This document shows, one piece after another, positions 57,773 through 59,737 of a DNA stretch of 59,737 bases. Source of the stretch: a virus (lineage: Duplodnaviria; Caudoviricetes); IMG/VR virus record IMGVR_UViG_3300034147_000035, positions 1 through 59,737 of that record; one strand, 5' to 3'. Below the pieces are notes generated by a model. The model was not told where the DNA came from. It did not search any database and saw nothing but the letters and a program-made list of their open reading frames with translations. Positions within the stretch are counted from its first letter, which is position 1; the number at the start of each line of letters is the position of its first letter. Position numbers and translations under genes: made by a program.

Positions 57773-57847
57773 GGCCTTGTCAGCATAATGGTAATGCTCC
57801 GGTCTCTAAAACCGATGATCTCAGTTCGATTCTGAGCTTGGCCGCCA
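57773..57847 (+). tRNA. tRNA with CUA anticodon (amber-suppressor-like, tRNA-Trp-like body)
   Basis: D arm GCAT-AATGGTA-ATGC, anticodon arm CGGT-CTCTAAA-ACCG, T arm CTCAG-TTCGATT-CTGAG, G73, encoded CCA; two U-U mismatches in acceptor stem. Confidence 0.75.
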
Positions 57848-57881
57848 TGAGTAATTATTTTGCTTTTGAACAAAATAACGC

Positions 57882-57910
57882 TTGCGCTATGAGCAAACGC
57901 CAGCTACACC
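57882..57910 (+). promoter_or_regulatory. Sigma70-type promoter
   Basis: TTGCGC-N17-TACACC (GCTACAC) with upstream A/T tract. Confidence 0.6.
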
Positions 57911-57914
57911 TATA

Positions 57915-58154
57915 GGTAGGAAGGGTCAAGGCAACGGGTCAACCCCCAGCCCTCGGGCTAGCGGTTTTCCTCTTCCGATCCTGGGTACTTCGGTACTCTT
58001 GGTGAACGAAGTAGCTTTCGACGAACAATGTGCGTGACGCGGTGAGCGACTGTTTCTAACTGTCTTCGGACGACCGGACTCAATCGATCACTCAATAGTT
58101 CCAAGGACCTCGGGTTTACCCTTGATTCTTGATAAGTCACCCGACCCCTCCGCC
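57915..58154 (+). ncRNA. Candidate structured ncRNA or long leader
   Basis: Ends can pair; several internal hairpins, two with C-UUCG-G loops; no ORF in the supplied track on +. Confidence 0.4.
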
Positions 58155-58173
58155 TTATTCTGGGGGAATTGCC

Positions 58174-58305
58174 ATGAAGAAAATTGCAGGGTTCGTTCTA
58201 GCGACCGCTTTTCTCGCCTCCAGTGCTTCAGCAGCGAAACCGAGTGAAGCTTGGTTCTTCTGCAAGCAATTCCTTGGGCCGCAGGTCTGCGGATTCCTCA
58301 AGTAA
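58174..58305 (+). CDS. 43-aa secreted peptide with a Cys pair
   Basis: GGGGGA RBS; MKKIAGFVLATAFLASSASA signal-like sequence; terminator follows. Confidence 0.65.
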   Translation: MKKIAGFVLATAFLASSASAAKPSEAWFFCKQFLGPQVCGFLK

Positions 58306-58325
58306 GTGATCCTCCCCAGGACCAC

Positions 58326-58360
58326 AAAGGGGTCGTACTTCGGTACGGCCCCTTTCCTCT
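58326..58360 (+). terminator. Rho-independent terminator
   Basis: AAAGGGGTCGTAC-TTCG-GTACGGCCCCTTT. Confidence 0.75.
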
Positions 58361-58510
58361 TTGTGCGGTCGCAGAGAGTGGCGTAAGACGGTTTGTCGGG
58401 TCAGCGATACCCCGGCGCAGGAGGTGACCACTCCTCTGGCTGGCGTTCAAATCGTCGTTACGCCCCTGAAATCATCCCTATCCGCGATTAATATCTGATA
58501 AAATTAGTGC

Positions 58511-58539
58511 TTGCGCTTTGAACTGTTGCAGCCTACAAA
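58511..58539 (+). promoter_or_regulatory. Sigma70-type promoter
   Basis: TTGCGC-N17-TACAAA; followed by the same leader as 57882. Confidence 0.5.
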
Positions 58540-58637
58540 CAAAGGTAGGCAGGGTCAGGGCAAGGGTAGACCCCTCTCAGGACTGCTAACCTATTGATCG
58601 GCAGCATCCTGCTGTCGTGTATGGAGGGGGTTTCAGC

Positions 58638-59555
58638 ATGAAAAGAACTATGCTCGTCGCACTTCTGCTTTGCGGTGCGACGCCCGTTTACGCACAGGAT
58701 ACTCTCACGAGTACGTCCGGTTCGGGAGCGGAAGCGAATTCGGGTTCAGTCTCGGGCGCGCAGTCCAATAACGATAACGTCAACGCACAGGTTGGCAATA
58801 TCGGCGTCAGCGAAAACACCAATACGAGCAACAGCTCGTCAGGTGCGATCTCCGGCTCCAACAGCGAAAGCATTTCAGGCTCAAATTCTGACCAGCAACA
58901 GGGTCAGTCAATGGGCCAGGATCAGGGCCAGGATCAGGGCCAGTCGCAGAATCAGGGCCAGTCGCAGGATCAGGCGCTTGACAGTAGCCAAGCCAATCAG
59001 CAGGGTGTGACGGTCAACCAGACCTGGAACACCAAGAACCGAAAAACCACAGAAATTCGCACGAATAATGCGGTGCCTCTCACGAGCTCCAGCAGCTTCT
59101 CCAGCGACTACTGCGGCGGTTCAGTCAGCGGCGGCGTAAGCGCGGCTCCGTTGGGCATCTCCGTCGGCGGCGCTGGCACGAAGTTCGACAAGAGCTGCCA
59201 GTCACTGCGTCGCGCCGAGAAATTCGGCATGGCGGCAGTCAACGCGGCGAACATGGGCCAGTTGGAACTGTCCGGCAAACTCATGAGCATGATGATCTGG
59301 TCGATTTGCACGAGCGATTCCAGCGGACCCGACGTTGAGAAATCAACGGCCGACGCTTGCAATCAGCTTCTGCTATTGGGCTCGGTTCAGAACCGAGTAG
59401 CGCAGCCCGCTCCAGGCGAAACCCCGAATCCGCGTATTGCGCGTAACGGCAAGATCACGCCGGAAGCCGCGCATCGGGCATTGGCGCAGAATAACGCCAC
59501 CGCCCAGAACGCGGTTCAAGCAGAACAGGTTGCTGCCTCTAAACCTCCGAGGTAA
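58638..59555 (+). CDS. Secreted Ser/Gln-rich low-complexity protein with Cys-containing C-terminal domain
   Basis: GGAGGGG RBS; signal peptide ending VYA; QGQ(D/S) repeats. Confidence 0.8.
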   Translation: MKRTMLVALLLCGATPVYAQDTLTSTSGSGAEANSGSVSGAQSNNDNVNAQVGNIGVSENTNTSNSSSGAISGSNSESISGSNSDQQQGQSMGQDQGQDQGQSQNQGQSQDQALDSSQANQQGVTVNQTWNTKNRKTTEIRTNNAVPLTSSSSFSSDYCGGSVSGGVSAAPLGISVGGAGTKFDKSCQSLRRAEKFGMAAVNAANMGQLELSGKLMSMMIWSICTSDSSGPDVEKSTADACNQLLLLGSVQNRVAQPAPGETPNPRIARNGKITPEAAHRALAQNNATAQNAVQAEQVAASKPPR

Positions 59556-59737
59556 GTAACCTTCTGATGCGAGTCACGGCTCCTCTGGTCAGCCCGTCCA
59601 CAACTCGCATCACGGAGCGCGGTATCGCTCGCCCCCCGGCAGAAATACCGCGCTCCAAAGTTTCAAAGATAGGGGGACCCCGGAAACCCTATTGCTAGCA
59701 ACTTCCGGGGAAATGAATGGGAGTATGAATATGAAGA

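Larger units (their letters stand above)
1..59737 (+). mobile_element. Tailed dsDNA phage genome segment (siphovirus-like, YuA/M6-like thymidine-modifying gene set)
   Basis: Co-oriented portal, capsid, tail tube, tape measure, PolA and nucleotide-modification genes; no host housekeeping genes or integrase seen. Confidence 0.95.

Noticed and set aside
57915-58154. Hammerhead ribozyme, tmRNA or c-di-GMP riboswitch
   Set aside because: Core consensus elements (CUGAUGA/GAAA, tRNA-like ends with tag ORF, GEMM motif) were not found by eye
1-59737. Genome-wide TAG reassignment (genetic code 15)
   Set aside because: Long conserved genes are intact under code 11 and many end at TAG at sensible positions
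1-59737. Genome-wide GATC or GANTC avoidance
   Set aside because: Both motifs are common outside the island

Overview
The window is a ~60 kb segment of a tailed dsDNA phage with siphovirus-type morphogenesis genes. Nearly all credible genes are on the + strand. Sigma70 promoters of the TTG-N17-(GC)TANNNT type suggest an alphaproteobacterial host (inference). Gene order: early region of small ORFs, each behind a repeated promoter/RBS cassette (1-3.8 kb); a 1.25 kb island almost free of the dinucleotide TC/GA (3941-5192); a C5-cytosine methyltransferase; portal, scaffold and capsid; a giant 3832-aa repeat fibre; head-tail, tail and tape-measure genes; an SNF2 helicase and DNA-binding genes; a thymidine-hypermodification cassette (aGPT-Pplase1-like protein, GT-A glycosyltransferase, dUMP hydroxymethylase, HD hydrolase, DUF3310, PolA, dUTPase); nuclease and helicase genes; and a terminal region with an amber (CUA) tRNA, structured non-coding DNA and secreted proteins. 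Terminase, primase and lysis genes were not recognised here. Two candidate novel systems stand out. (1) The TC/GA-free island, whose genes, RBSs and stop codons all obey the constraint, is plausibly a modification-free zone of a T-hypermodified genome. (2) An amber-readthrough-gated leader (Met-Thr-UAG-Gln-Ile-RAPP) sits over a hairpin hiding the next gene's RBS, directly upstream of an amber-suppressor-like tRNA. All family calls come from motif recognition by eye; no database searches were run.
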